A stretch of DNA of 64,000 nt from Acanthaster planci. Taxonomy: Eukaryota. Under the pieces are notes generated by a model. The model had not been told where the DNA came from, ran no database searches, and worked only from the letters and a program-made list of their open reading frames with translations. Both the position numbers and the translations under genes were made by a program. Within the stretch, counting starts at the first letter, position 1, and every line of letters begins with the position of its first letter. Below are positions 52,601-64,000 of this stretch, one piece after another. Where the stretch lies: positions 4,296,159 to 4,360,158 of the forward strand of contig NW_019091360.1 in assembly GCF_001949145.1 (NCBI RefSeq). Direction: 5' to 3'.

Positions 52601-55320
52601 TGAAGTGTCAGACTCCTTTCAGAGAACTGACTATTCTAAGGGAAAGATAGAGTGGTGGGGCGGATTGGATGGTGCAGTTGGGAGATGTAGAGGGATCATT
52701 TTAAAGAGGGTTGGTTTATGAGGACAAGGTTTGGGGAGTACGAGAATGGAAAGCGGGTTTCGACAGTTTTCTTGTCATGTTATGTCAAATCATATTACCT
52801 CTCTGGCTATACCTTCGAGTTCCAATAAAGTAAATTTTGACTTTTCGGCGACAGCCTGTCATGCGAAATCATTCAATGTCCTTTGTAATCTGAAAAGAAT
52901 CTGTCAATTTTCCTAATTTATTTTCCTAATTAAAGACAGTTTTATGTTTGATCTATCTGCACAGCATGCGAATGTCGTGTACGGAAAACTCAAATGAAAA
53001 CCGAGCATGAACATTTGTTCTAGCGTTCGCTGATGGACGACGCGTCGTACGTGACATTCGTGACAACTGCAGGAACGTCGGAGACCCTACCTGTATCTTA
53101 AGCTTCAAATGAACGCATTCGACGTTGAATGAACGTTGGGCGTGCCTAGATTTGCTCATCGGGGTGCCGTTGGGCCAATACATCATAAATTGGGCCACCA
53201 TTGGATTTCGGTTGTAACATATTTTACCACTGGGAAATGCTGTTTGTTGGCTAAAGCTTAGGACACACTGTCAGGATTTTGGCAACGATACCGTCCGATT
53301 AACCATGGACGTGTTATGTTTATGGTGATGAGTCGGAAAGTACAGGACCAATAATCCGTAATAATCTTACGGATATTGACGGTTAATCTACCGGAGTAAA
53401 AACTTTCGTAAATAAGCCTTTCCCGACCTAAAGGATCAGCAAATGTTCTTCTAGATTCTCACAGATTCCGTAAAGTAATGTCTACGATTTGCTGCGCTTC
53501 ACAAAGTCTTTATAAATCAGGAGCCATCGAGGTCAAAATTGTGACAGTGTGACTTGGGCTTGATATATGGTATGTTTATGTTTATACATGTATTTGAGAA
53601 ATTGGGCCAGCATTGGCTATGTGTTATAACGCAAGTAGCATACTTTTGGGTCCAAACTGTCCGAATACTGGCTTTTGCCTACTTTACAATGGTGCTTCAA
53701 TTCGGCCCATCAGTAGCCAACTCAACAGTACCACATATAACCACATATAATTTAATTTAAGTTTGGTCACCTTACATTTGTTAAATCTCCGTCTCTCTAA
53801 GTCTTGACGAACATTTGCATATTCCTTGATCTTGCTCCTCATTTGGTGGGCCTTGGGTATTAAGCTGACGTCAAAACTTTAATAAGGGTTGAAATTGGTA
53901 GATCAGTAAATTAAAAGAATACACCATTTGAGATCATGATGGCTGAACATCTTCAAAAATAACTATTTTAAACTCGATACGCTCGAGTTTCTAATCTTTT
54001 TTAACGCTCTGTCCTTAAACAGACACAGATGTGAACAAAGTAGGTTAGGTGTATTTCAAAAGTAACAAGTAGCCTTCAAGTCCTTGATATTTAGAAGACT
54101 TACACCATGTGTGGAACTTGACCAAATTAATAACAGCTGTTTGGTATTTGATCTAAAAACCACGCATTGGGTCTTATCGTCACTGACTACACGCCCCCCC
54201 AACCAGCTTCAGGAATCACTGAAAAGAAAGGCAATTGAGGCGAAAAATTAAATTGTAGCCTGCTTTGTTGGAGAGGTAATTACCCAGGATACTCCCCTCC
54301 AGTATGGATTTTTAGTGAAGATGAAAATGAGGCGTCAGTTATTGGGATATGAGAAAACACATAGTACGGTGTTTATTTCTCAACCATAATTATGTTGTCA
54401 TTAAAGTCTAAAGTTGTCATTATATATACAATGATTCTCAGTGGAAAGTGGGCCTGTTACTTATTAACTTTGTGGAATTCTCTAATCTCAAAGTAATTAA
54501 CGATGCAATGATATGAACGCAGTGAACTCTTATTCAAAGAGGATGTTCTGACCAACTGAGCGTTTTAATGACATTCATTTCGAACAGGACAAAATATCAG
54601 GTCTTTTTTCACGTGCATTGATATTTGATAGAGTAAATTCTAGTAAAAGTACAAGGATGTACCCCATAACCTACATTATATAGAATGCAAAAACATACCA
54701 ATGCCAAAAGAAGGTGCCATTGAAATTATTGGCAACTTTGAAATAAAGTTTTCAGAAAAGTGAACCTTAGATACTGCTGCCTGCTTCGGGGAAAATGACT
54801 GATTTAGATGGTATAATTTTCATATTTTCTGCAATCTTACTTTCAGTAATCCGGGGGGCGGATGAGAGATATATATCCTCCTAATTATTACGGGGGGTGG
54901 GCTATTGACTCGTCCTCACCCCCAACTTTTTTGTGGTGAGCAAAAAAAATTACTTACGAATACATTCAGTATCGCTTATATTGTGCCCCACCTCGCTTTT
55001 CATATTTTCATGTCACCCCCCACCTTTCCGCATCGCCATCCACCCAATTACTGGTACAAATTTACACCACTGGACCTACGTAATAGGGTTCCTACAAACT
55101 GCTCCTTTAGACAAGTGCCGGACAGTTACATGAACAAATGTGACGGCGAATCTGCAGTCTCAAGACGCTTTTAGACAAGAATTTGGGTTTGTTGGCTTCG
55201 TAGTCAACCAACGAATCCTTTTCACGAACATATACACAGCACTCAATGTGTTGCGCCTCTTCGGGCAAAACCCCTAAAATCTACGAATAAAACAAACGGA
55301 ATGTATCATCAAAGGTCTGA

Positions 55321-55326
55321 TTTATT
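55321..55326 (-). promoter_or_regulatory. Candidate polyadenylation signal of the S8 protease gene
   Basis: TTTATT on + strand about 265 nt downstream of the stop codon. Confidence 0.4.
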
Positions 55327-55589
55327 GTCAGTGGTCATTAAGGATAATCCATAGGTTTAAACTGATTGTTTTGACCGACTGTATACTACTTTCTTTTCTT
55401 TTTAAATTACTTTCTCAGCTTCAATGCAGAGAGACAATTTGACTTCCTTCTATCCAATGATAATCATTATCGAGACCTATATTGGAAATCATCACAAGGG
55501 ATCATTTTAAAGTTAATTTCCCATCAATGTTAGTGTGTATTCTTGAAACACTCCTTGTGAATTAGTGTGTTGCTAAAGGAGGTCATTCT

Positions 55590-55732
55590 CTACACTACAT
55601 AGAGCAACAGGTTAGGGGAGCCCCCTGGGAGAGGTTCTTGGAGGACATTTGGAGTGGCATTGCTGAGAAGTTTGGCTTTCACTTGATCGTGGTTCAAATC
55701 CTTCTGCGTTGATAGCAATATAGCAACTGCAC
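55590..55732 (-). CDS. S8 protease last coding exon
   Basis: (G)AVAILLSTQKDLNHDQVKAKLLSNATPNVLQEPLPGGSPNLLLYVV*; acceptor TGGTACAG. Confidence 0.9.
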
Positions 55733-58700
55733 CTGTACCAAAGCAGAACAAATTGATAGGTTTTGTCTTATAGCCACATATAGAAAGCCAATAAACAATG
55801 ACAATGGATTTCCAACTAATCCCCTATCTGCCAAAAACAAACATTGAGAAAATCCCACCAGGAACTTTCTGCTAACGTTTCCACTTGATGTTTCCCATTT
55901 TTCTGTTCTTGGCAAAAAAGCAAGTTCTTAAAGACTGGAAATGGTGATTTTCAACCTGTTCCATTAGTCCTAGGGATTATTGTGCTGTCGTATCTCTTGC
56001 ATTAACCAAAATTGAATTTCATTTACGCATTGGAAAATGATATTGTTTTAGTTTAAGTAGTTTGTAACTCGATCAGCCCTGGTATAATTACCTGAAACAA
56101 GAGGTGTTGCTTCCGACGTGCCACTGACTGTTTCTACATCAGAATCACTTCTAATATATGCTCCAATCATATCTTTCCCAGGGGCAAAAATATCGACACA
56201 GCTGCCATGGTTTGAGGCGTACCAGCGAGTGTCACTTTTCGTGGACGCACCAACGGTTATGACCTAGATGAAGCGACCCAAAAATGGTGTGTATAAGCTT
56301 TGAATAAATTATCACCCTTTGGAAAATATCGTTTTATCTACTGGATTCCTCTCATTCTTTTTTTAAGGTTCCCCCCAAAACAGTCAACCTCGCTTTCAAT
56401 TCAATATGGCCGACTTGTGGTGAATAAAGTAAGTTACATTCCATTGTTTCAGTGGCCTATCCAGTATAGGGAGGGGGTACTTTCCCCCTCTGACAGATAA
56501 TTATTGTTTACAAATAATACTTCATAGGGGAGTAGGAAAGAAAGTAATAGGTATATTTATTTATGAAATATTAGCACCAATAACCTAAAAAAATAATTTT
56601 TTCTCCCCCAACATCATGTTGAATGAGCCCGACGCCGCATTCAGTTTTAAATTTGTCCCCCTCCCCACCAAAAGCTGGATGCACCGCTGCTTGCCCTGTG
56701 CCTCGCCCTACCGGCTAACAGAGACTGTATAGTCCTGCACACGATATCAATTCTAGCCATGTAAACCCGCACTGAATAACGTTACACTTTCTAAAGGCCT
56801 GATCGTCCACATTTACCCGTTTGAAGTTCGCTGGGAAATCTTGGCAAGCGTCAACGTTGTCATTTCCCGCTGCTACCGCAATCGTGAATCCTTTATCCAT
56901 CGTGCGTGTCATGGCGTCTTCAAGAACCTTGTGTGTGCCACTTTGACCTAATGAGATGGAAGCGACTGCTGGCTTGGTAGCTGTGTTAAACATGATGTCA
57001 AGCGCTAGGACAAAATCGCAACACAAAGAGAAGCTATATTTTTATCGTTACATAACAAATCCGAAATGGTCATGGGGTGGGGCGAGTTCAGCGTTCTTGA
57101 AGCCTAAAATGGTAGTTTCACAAACTAGTATTTGCCGCCTTTATGCCAGTACCATAATTCATTAATTCAACGTTACATAACTCCGCCTTCAACAAGATTG
57201 GATTACCTATCAGGTAATTCACAACTACATGATATTGACCGGGTATTGACTAATACTGGAGTTATCGTAAGGGGGAAGGGATGGGTGTGGTTCCTGCAAA
57301 GGTCTGTGCCTCTGGGTTCCCTCTCCCTTGAAAGTTTGTATACATGTATACCTCTGTACAAACTGTCCAAAATGTCTGCATCTCCGGGAGTCAGACATAT
57401 TAACCTAGTTGCGCTGTTGCTCATCCATAACTCACCCTTGATGAGAGCCGACCAGGTACCTAACGCGTTACCAATCACATTAGCTACGACAATGTTGGCT
57501 TTATTGGCCGCACCATAGTGATTGCCTGCCGCGACAGAGGTAACCAACGTGCCGTGACCGTAGGGATCGTTACCCTGCATTGATACCAATAAATGGTTGA
57601 AAGAGAAAACTAGATCATAAATTTGGATGTCCGGGTATAAAACTGTTCTTCATTTTCTAAACAAAATTTGACAAACTTTTGAATAAAATAAAATGACATT
57701 AAATAAGCACTAGAATACTTTGAATGATATCATTGCTTGCATGTAAGGTTGCAAAATTATACAGGTGGTTAATTCTACAAGTTTTCTTCCTCTCTTGCTC
57801 TTCCACTGTAATTTCTGACCAAAAGGGGACTTACATTATTGTTATTCACATCGTAAGCGATAGTGACCGATCTTCCTGCAAAATCCTGATGGGTAGCCCT
57901 AATGCCGGAGTCAAACACCCAAATCTCCACATTCTCTCCATGATCTGTCAAAATACCGAGGATTTCATCATTGTTAGTCAGCCCTGTTTCGAGTGACTTT
58001 GCCTGACTACAACTGCGAAGCGCATCGACCCGGTTTAGAGCTGCCATTTGATCACATTTGCCATGGGATAGATCTTAATCGATGGAGATGTGGAGTTTAC
58101 ATATGAGAAACATTATTTCTCAGAACGAAGTTCTCTGACATTACAAACGAAGTATAGAGGCTGTGTTGTACCATATTATGTATGCTCTGTATGTATGGGG
58201 CACAAACATAGGCGTAGCGACTAGAGTCTGTGTGGGGGAGGGATGTGGCACCCACCCCCAATGATAAATTCCAGTTGGCAAATACAGATTCGGTTGGCAT
58301 GTGAATCCAAAAATGGTACATAAACAATCAGTTGGCCGCCGGCACCGCTCGTGAAGCCTGAAATGTAGCGTACCACGATTTCTATTTCCGCACTTTGTGA
58401 ATTTTACTCGGCGCGACTTTGACGAACAAGTTACACGTCGGCAAATTTGCTCTGGCACACCCCCATAGCAAATGCCTTAGCTACGCCCCTGGGCCGGCAC
58501 AAACTCTCTTGCCTTTACGACAGTTACGTACCTAATGTACACGAATTTGTAATTTTGTATGACGGTTTAGAACCTTTAAAATTTCTCACCTCAAACCTTT
58601 TGATCACGGAATCGTGTGACGCTGTTTTGGCGTTATACCTTCAAGACCACGTCGTAATTACGAATGAATGTTTTTAATAATACATAGGATAATTCATAGG

Positions 58701-59530
58701 ATATTTTCAGGCATTACTTGGTGGATTGTATTGGCCATCCAGGGGAAGATTTCTCTGGTCAATTCGGTCCAAACCCCATTGACTTGCTGAGCCTTGCTGG
58801 TCCACCCGACCAACTTGACGAGCACAAGGAAAAATCTTGGGCAATGGAATCACTCCGTTCTCAGAGACATATTCAACCTCCTCCAGAGCCAGTATCTACA
58901 TGTCATGACAAGATGGAGATAATTTCAGTCAAGTGTCTGCAATATACTTCTGTTTATGCTTCACATGTTGTCAAAATCCCAGTGCAAAAATATGAAATTT
59001 TACACTTACATGATGTAAAGATTTCTCCGATAACTTGGCTGTGAAGCCGTTCAGAACACCCGTGAACGTGTCTTGAATGACAACCCCATTCCGTCGCACG
59101 GTGGCGTCTTGAGTAAATTCCCCAATCACGGAGCTGACATCCACTCCATCCTGTTCATATTAATAGTAAAAACATAGAAAAGCTGTACCCACAAAATACA
59201 TAACAGATATTCAATTTCAGCAGCATCGGTATGTTCCAGTTTATTTATCCAGCATCGTTAAAAGTTTTACATTTTGCACTCCTATACCATATTTAATTTG
59301 CCTGCGAGTGGGTTCCAAAAATTACCTGCTACTGCCGCCCTCCCAAAATGTACGTTATTGGCGTATAATTAGTGAAACTTCGGAGTCAAGGCTATCTATA
59401 AATTATGACTCACCTTGAGTTTAATAATGTAGCTGTTAGGTAAGGCTTGGCTTGCACGATGTAATGGTGCAGTCTCAACATAGGCAGGTGGGGCCACCAA
59501 CAGAAAGCAAACCACCAAGTATTTTAACAT
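55590..59530 (-). CDS. Secreted subtilisin-like S8A serine protease (proteinase K/aqualysin-like) with I9 propeptide; 8 coding exons, 395 aa
   Basis: Exons 59530-59414, 59150-59010, 58895-58718, 57944-57835, 57574-57436, 57004-56817, 56263-56092, 55732-55590; all GT-AG with compatible phases, total 1188 nt. Signal MLKYLVVCFLLVAPPAYVET; I9 motifs PNSYIIKLK and LNGFTAKLS; WGLDRIDQRNLPLD; catalytic FDSG, GHGT, GTS; oxyanion AAGN; C-terminal PNLLLY. Confidence 0.93.
56092..56263 (-). CDS. S8 protease exon with catalytic Ser
   Basis: VITVGASTKSDTRWYASNHGSCVDIFAPGKDMIGAYIRSDSDVETVSGTSEATPLVS; bounded by CTAG| and |GTAATT. Confidence 0.92.
56817..57004 (-). CDS. S8 protease exon with oxyanion Asn
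   Basis: LDIMFNTATKPAVASISLG...IAVAAGNDNVDACQDFPANFKR; bounded by CTAG| and |GTAAAT. Confidence 0.92.
57436..57574 (-). CDS. S8 protease exon with catalytic His
   Basis: GNDPYGHGTLVTSVAAGNHYGAANKANIVVANVIGNALGTWSALIK; bounded by GCAG| and |GTGAGT. Confidence 0.92.
57835..57944 (-). CDS. S8 protease exon with catalytic Asp
   Basis: HGENVEIWVFDSGIRATHQDFAGRSVTIAYDVNNNN; bounded by ACAG| and |GTAAGT. Confidence 0.92.
58207..58491. mobile_element. hAT-like MITE in an S8 protease intron
   Basis: Termini CATAGGCGTAGC ... GCTACGCCCCTG; GGCACAAA occurs immediately left and 4 nt to the right (possible TSD). Confidence 0.5.
58718..58895 (-). CDS. S8 protease exon (end of propeptide, start of mature domain)
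   Basis: ILALEEVEYVSENGVIPLPKIFPCARQVGRVDQQGSASQWGLDRIDQRNLPLDGQYNPP; bounded by GTAG| and |GTAATG. Confidence 0.9.
59010..59150 (-). CDS. S8 protease exon (I9 propeptide)
   Basis: DGVDVSSVIGEFTQDATVRRNGVVIQDTFTGVLNGFTAKLSEKSLHH; bounded by ACAG| and |GTAAGT. Confidence 0.9.
59414..59530 (-). CDS. S8 protease first coding exon (signal peptide)
   Basis: MLKYLVVCFLLVAPPAYVETAPLHRASQALPNSYIIKLK|GTGAGT; acceptor TTTTTCTTGTTCATGTAG lies 7 nt before the ATG. Confidence 0.9.
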
Positions 59531-59857
59531 GATGAAGCTACATGAACAAGAAAAATAGAAATATCAACAACGAAAGTAAACATGTTGTTGGTTGAATCTC
59601 TCCCGAGAATAAGCAGGCAGAGGGTGTCCGTTCCTTGAAAAAAATCTCGAGAAAAACCCCTGCTTCGTTTTACATTTTGAGAATTACGCATTTAGTAAGT
59701 TTAAGTAACTTGATAAAAAAAATTAACTAGAAAAAACATATTTTGTAGACGACAGAAATACAACAAAATATCCACAGCAGACACAAAGACGGGAAAACTT
59801 TTTCACGACGTTACTTAAACAATGCAAGGGCTATGCTCATTAGTGCTGACTTATGAT

Positions 59858-59920
59858 ACTTACGAGTCTTGCCTTTGTTCTGCGTTAACTTACTGTTCCC
59901 TCGCTTTGTATAAATAATGC
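59858..59920 (-). promoter_or_regulatory. Candidate short non-coding first exon and TATA box of the S8 protease gene
   Basis: Minus-strand donor CTC|GTAAGT (exon end 59864) and TATTTATA (59909-59916) about 45-50 nt upstream. Confidence 0.4.
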
Positions 59921-60679
59921 TATAAGGACCCATACCTTTGCTATATGTAAGTTACATTTTGTATCCTAATGCAAATATTTGTGTGCTTCCTGCAGATATC
60001 TTATCTAAGACCTGGAAACGACAGACTCAATCTATCTAATTATTGACTATATATATTTTTATGGAAATTTTAAAAAGATAATTTGGATACAGAAAACTAT
60101 AAAAACATGATAGGGTTGGTTCACAGTCAGTGGGAAAAGACACATCTGCAGAGACCAATAGAAACTAGAAGATATCTTGTCTGCAAAAGATAACGTGAAC
60201 CATACTTTTTTTCTTTGGTCTTAAGTGTACACAATCAACTCCAGTCGTTCATCTCAAGTAAGAGAAGGTAAAAATAAAGTTTTCAGACCCCGTTGCTCGA
60301 CGGATTATTACATGTTATTTTTTTAGAGGCATGTGTGTGCTGTAACCACATGTACTGTACATGTATAGGGTGCAGATCGCTAATTCAAGTGAGAGTTTCT
60401 GACCAGCTCATTAGCATTAAAAGTGCCCCCCACAGTATCTTTTGAAAAAGGAGATTGTTTGGCCCCCAAAATGGTGAGATTATGTACATCCTTGCCAGGA
60501 TCAACTTCCTGGGTCTTTGAGCTTTCATATGAGAGCAGAAGGGCTACAAATTACAGTTGAAAAAGGGTCCTAAGTGTTCGAGAAAGTTGAGGGTTGCCAC
60601 TTGAAAAATGGCTGCAATCAGACTTCGGAAAAAACTCACTTTTGGGGGGTGATTTTGTTTTGTGGGAGTAATTAGAAAA

Positions 60680-60775
60680 NNNNNNNNNNNNNNNNNNNNN
60701 NNNNNNNNNNNNNNNNNNNNNNNNNNNNNNNNNNNNNNNNNNNNNNNNNNNNNNNNNNNNNNNNNNNNNNNNNNN
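60680..60775. other. Assembly gap (96 N)
   Basis: Run of N characters. Confidence 1.
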
Positions 60776-60801
60776 CTTGAATAAGTGGACTGTACCCTAC
60801 A

Positions 60802-60842
60802 ATGTACATGTACTGTACATGTACATGTACATGTACACGTAC
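60802..60842. repeat. (TACATG)n simple repeat
   Basis: ATGTACATGTACTGTACATGTACATGTACATGTACACGTAC; shorter copies are scattered through 60.3-63.8 kb. Confidence 0.85.
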
Positions 60843-60932
60843 GTCAGACATCACAGACGCGCATCGAGTTCCAAAAAGTGATAGCGCCCTCACGCGATTA
60901 ACAGTAGTTCTGTGGCGCATTCTATCTTACCA

Positions 60933-62893
60933 ATGGAGATCGACGATGCATCCACACAAGGTAAGAAGCTTTTTGAGGCTTTCAGATGTGTGATGAAAAT
61001 ATTTTAATACCTTGTATTAACTGATGTTAAATTTATTATTTGCATTAGTACTTTCCCCTCGTCTCATATTCGTTTCAATTTTTTTCTCGGTCTGACAGTC
61101 CCGAAGTTGTTTGGAAACCCCTATATAGTTTATAATGGAATGAACCAAGATGAATAACTACATGAATTAGTATATCATCTAAATGCAATGTACATGTAGG
61201 TGCAGTTCAGTGTGTGGGTGTTCAAGCCACTTCCGGATGTGTTAAAGACGCGTGAGTGATATCTAGGTCACACTGGTGGTGCAGCTGGAGTGTATGTAAA
61301 CATTTTTTATCTATTTTTAAACGGAATTTCTGGATGCTGTGTGACCAGCCATCATGTCTTCTACTACAGCCACTGATGGCACGATACAGACACTTAAGAT
61401 TGTGGTTGTTGGCGGCGGCGGTGTCGGCAAAAGTGCCATCACTATACAGTTTATTCAGGTAGACGGACATGGATGAATTGGATGAACTCGTAGGCCTATG
61501 CATATACATGTACATGTATGGCCACCTAGAGTGTGTGGGTTGGACTGAGAGTTTAGAAATAGGTCATTGGCAATTTTAGGCCTTTATCATGTACACCCCC
61601 GTGTAGACTTACATTGACATGTTGCCTGAATGTGTGATTTTCCACGATTGTGATTAATGACTCGGAAGTAAAAGTAGATTTGAAATTAATTTTGGTATTT
61701 AGCACACCCCACGTAAATGTAGGTTAACCCCAATGAGATAGGAACATCTTAGCTCTACTAATTGGAACGTTAGTATTCCTCTTTTTCAAATTGGACGGGA
61801 TCATCACACTTATGCTCCACGCCTGTACATGATATAGTAAGGTTGAAACGGTTCTCAAAAATTCCACCAAAATTACCTCGATCACCACCCACTACTTGCT
61901 TCCGTAAATGCCAACATCAAATGGTTGGGGCTTCAATTACTCTATGCATAAAATAATTTCCACTGCTATTCATCATTTCATGGGTGAGTCCAACAAGGAA
62001 CAAGGTTCTAAGCTCCACAAGCTATGGCAGTTGAAGAAAATAAAAGCGCTTTAGTTAGTAGTATGCAAGGTCAGACACATTCAACATGTGGATTAGCCCT
62101 AACAGTCCTCAATCCTCCAACAGGTGAAGGATTGAGGATTGTTAGGGCTAATTTAGCCTTTTATTTAGTGGGAAATGATCTTCACAAATTTTGCCAAATG
62201 TGTGAAAGGACACATGTAAGACTAGCTACATGTACATGGAGTGGAATTGGAAACAATGAAGAGAATGTGCACAGCAGAATTATTGAACAAATGCTCCCTT
62301 GAAAATGAAATATTGGTAGGCATGAAAGCATGGTAGGCATGAAAGCATGGTATGCATGTACTTAGTGCAGTGTGTCTCTTAAGGTTGCAAATTGTAAGGT
62401 AGGCCTACATCAATGATTTTTTTGGAGCTTTTTCAAAGGAATGGTATTTTGTTTTGATCCCTTTCAATGGTGGTGGTGGGGGAGGGGAGCTATCGCACTG
62501 TCTTCAGCGCTATCCTTAACCATACTTACATTGAATTACTTTGAATGCAGTATGTCCAACCTACATGCAGCCGTCAGCATCAGTTCCAATAATAGTTGGC
62601 ACATTTGGAATGGACTGTGTAGATAATTGAACGATTTTTCACTTATTGCCTGTTGTGTATTGTCACTATTGTACTGGACTTACAGACAATGTGCCTAACA
62701 TCGGGACGGATGCTGTGGATTGCATACAGGTACATGTACATGTCTCGTACACTCAAGATATTGAACATGGATTGACACTGTTTGTCCATTCTGTTCTTCC
62801 TCTAGTCCTGTTTTGTACAGGAGTATGACCCAACCATTGAGGATTCCTACACCAAACAGTGCGTCATTGACAATGTAGTAGCTAAGCTTGACA
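60933..62893 (+). CDS. RRAS2: R-Ras/R-Ras2 (TC21)-like small GTPase, first three coding exons (gene continues beyond window)
   Basis: Exons 60933-60960 (MEIDDASTQ, phase 1), 61370-61458 ([30 protein letters not shown]) and 62806-62893 ([29 protein letters not shown]). GT-AG junctions are in phase; the GGGGVGKS P-loop and [16 protein letters not shown] are R-Ras subfamily signatures. Confidence 0.9.
61370..61458 (+). CDS. RRAS2: R-Ras2-like exon with G1/P-loop
   Basis: TACAG|CC ACT GAT ... [27 protein letters not shown]. Confidence 0.92.
62806..62893 (+). CDS. RRAS2: R-Ras2-like exon with effector loop (G2)
   Basis: [47 protein letters not shown]. Confidence 0.93.
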
Positions 62894-62972
62894 GTAAGTG
62901 TTGCCGTAGTAATTATCATTTGTATTTATTTGAATTGAAACTGAACTTCAACATGTTAGAGGGCTAAGGAGC

Positions 62973-63140
62973 AATTGAATACCTCATTAATTAAAAGAAA
63001 GGCCCAACTCCACCGTTTTGGCCAGTGAGAGTTAATTGATTTCCTTTGCAACTCCTTCCGAAAAATATTCCTTTTTTTTCTTTTGAACTCAAAAAAGGTT
63101 ATGTTGGAGTTGGGCCCTTTGTTCAATTAGGTATTCAATT
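62973..63140. mobile_element. Small inverted-repeat element (MITE) in an R-Ras intron
   Basis: AATTGAATACCTCATT...AAGGCCCAACTCCA vs TGGAGTTGGGCCCTTTGTTCAATTAGGTATTCAATT (imperfect ~36-40 bp inverted arms). Confidence 0.65.
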
Positions 63141-64000
63141 ACAGGTACAGTACCAATCATTTCCTTGAATGCAATGGTGCTACCCAATGGAGGTAATTCT
63201 TGATATTCCTCTACCTACCTTAAAAGCTTTGATGTGTCTTGGGATACTTCCAAGCAAACGGTCACTTCGTATTGCGTTATTGATTTACAGCTCTCGTATG
63301 GTTCACACATATTTGACCAATTTTGAACTGCAGCATTGCACTTGTACATGTACATGTGTATATTAAAAATGTAACATTGGTTACCATTTGAAATGTAGGA
63401 TTGGAACAAATTCGTTTATAATAAAACCTTGTGAAAATTTTGTAACCTCTAAAATGACAATGACAAAAGTCATATTTCATAAATGTGATGAATCAAGGTT
63501 GGAAATTTTATTTTCATAGAAATTCAGAAGTAGTTGTACTATTTATTTCTCCATAGATATTAAGTGTAAAATATTATACTTTTGACATGTTTAAATAGCA
63601 TGTTTATCTCTACATGTAAGTAATGCCTGGGACTAACCCTTACTTTTACTCATATCGCCGCTAATTTGATTTAATCCCACAAATGAGACTGAAAGACATA
63701 TTTCTACTTCATGTTTTCGTACACTATCATCATCATTTTGTCTCGTTTTGTTGGATGTACATGTATTTCATGATATACATGTAGACCTTATGTGCAGGGC
63801 CAAAGTTATGTGATGGTCTGTTGGTCAAAAGTGTCTATGGTAACTAACTTTTTGTCCAGAAGTATTGATTTTGTATGATAATCCTGTTCGGATTAAGTCT
63901 TCATCTGGGAGTTTTTGATCGTTCAAAACGCAAACACTGGGCAGTAATTTTCTTTGTTCATGTACTATTTTCTGTAGCTTGATTTTAAAGACATACATAG

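Noticed and set aside
60946..60960. Alternative R-Ras start ATG CAT CCA CAC AAG
   Set aside because: Phase 0 donor is incompatible with the phase 1 acceptor at 61370; the ATG at 60933 fits.
61256..61462. Track ORF ...[20 protein letters not shown], which looks like a signal peptide
   Set aside because: It is an alternative frame of the R-Ras P-loop exon.
1..64000. CRISPR arrays, operons, rRNA/tRNA genes and the remaining short track ORFs
   Set aside because: The sequence is intron-containing animal DNA; no repeat-spacer array or complete structural RNA gene was seen, and the other ORFs lack recognisable motifs or splice support.

Overview
AT-rich eukaryotic genomic DNA, almost certainly from a starfish (asteroid echinoderm). 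This is inferred from a sulfakinin/cholecystokinin (SK/CCK)-type precursor whose peptides closely match known starfish ones. Four host genes are supported. (1) An SK/CCK precursor at 11660-12136 (-), with a single coding exon encoding pQSKVDDYGHGMFWamide and AHDEYGFGLFFamide. (2) A second, apparently undescribed 93-aa secreted prepropeptide at 40514-40795 (-). It carries the CCK-like motif DYHFGGTLF-RKR and has the same gene layout, with a splice acceptor exactly 6 nt before the ATG. (3) A proteinase K/aqualysin-type S8 protease with 8 coding exons at 55590-59530 (-). (4) The 5' part of an R-Ras2-like GTPase gene starting at 60933 (+). The rest is intron or intergenic DNA containing a decayed RNase H-bearing LINE, tyrosine-recombinase retroelement remnants, a tRNA-derived SINE, several MITEs and one N gap. 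The most interesting observation is the candidate tandem SK/CCK paralogue: its amidation Gly codon appears replaced by Arg (CGT vs GGT), and its candidate promoter shares motifs with that of the canonical gene.
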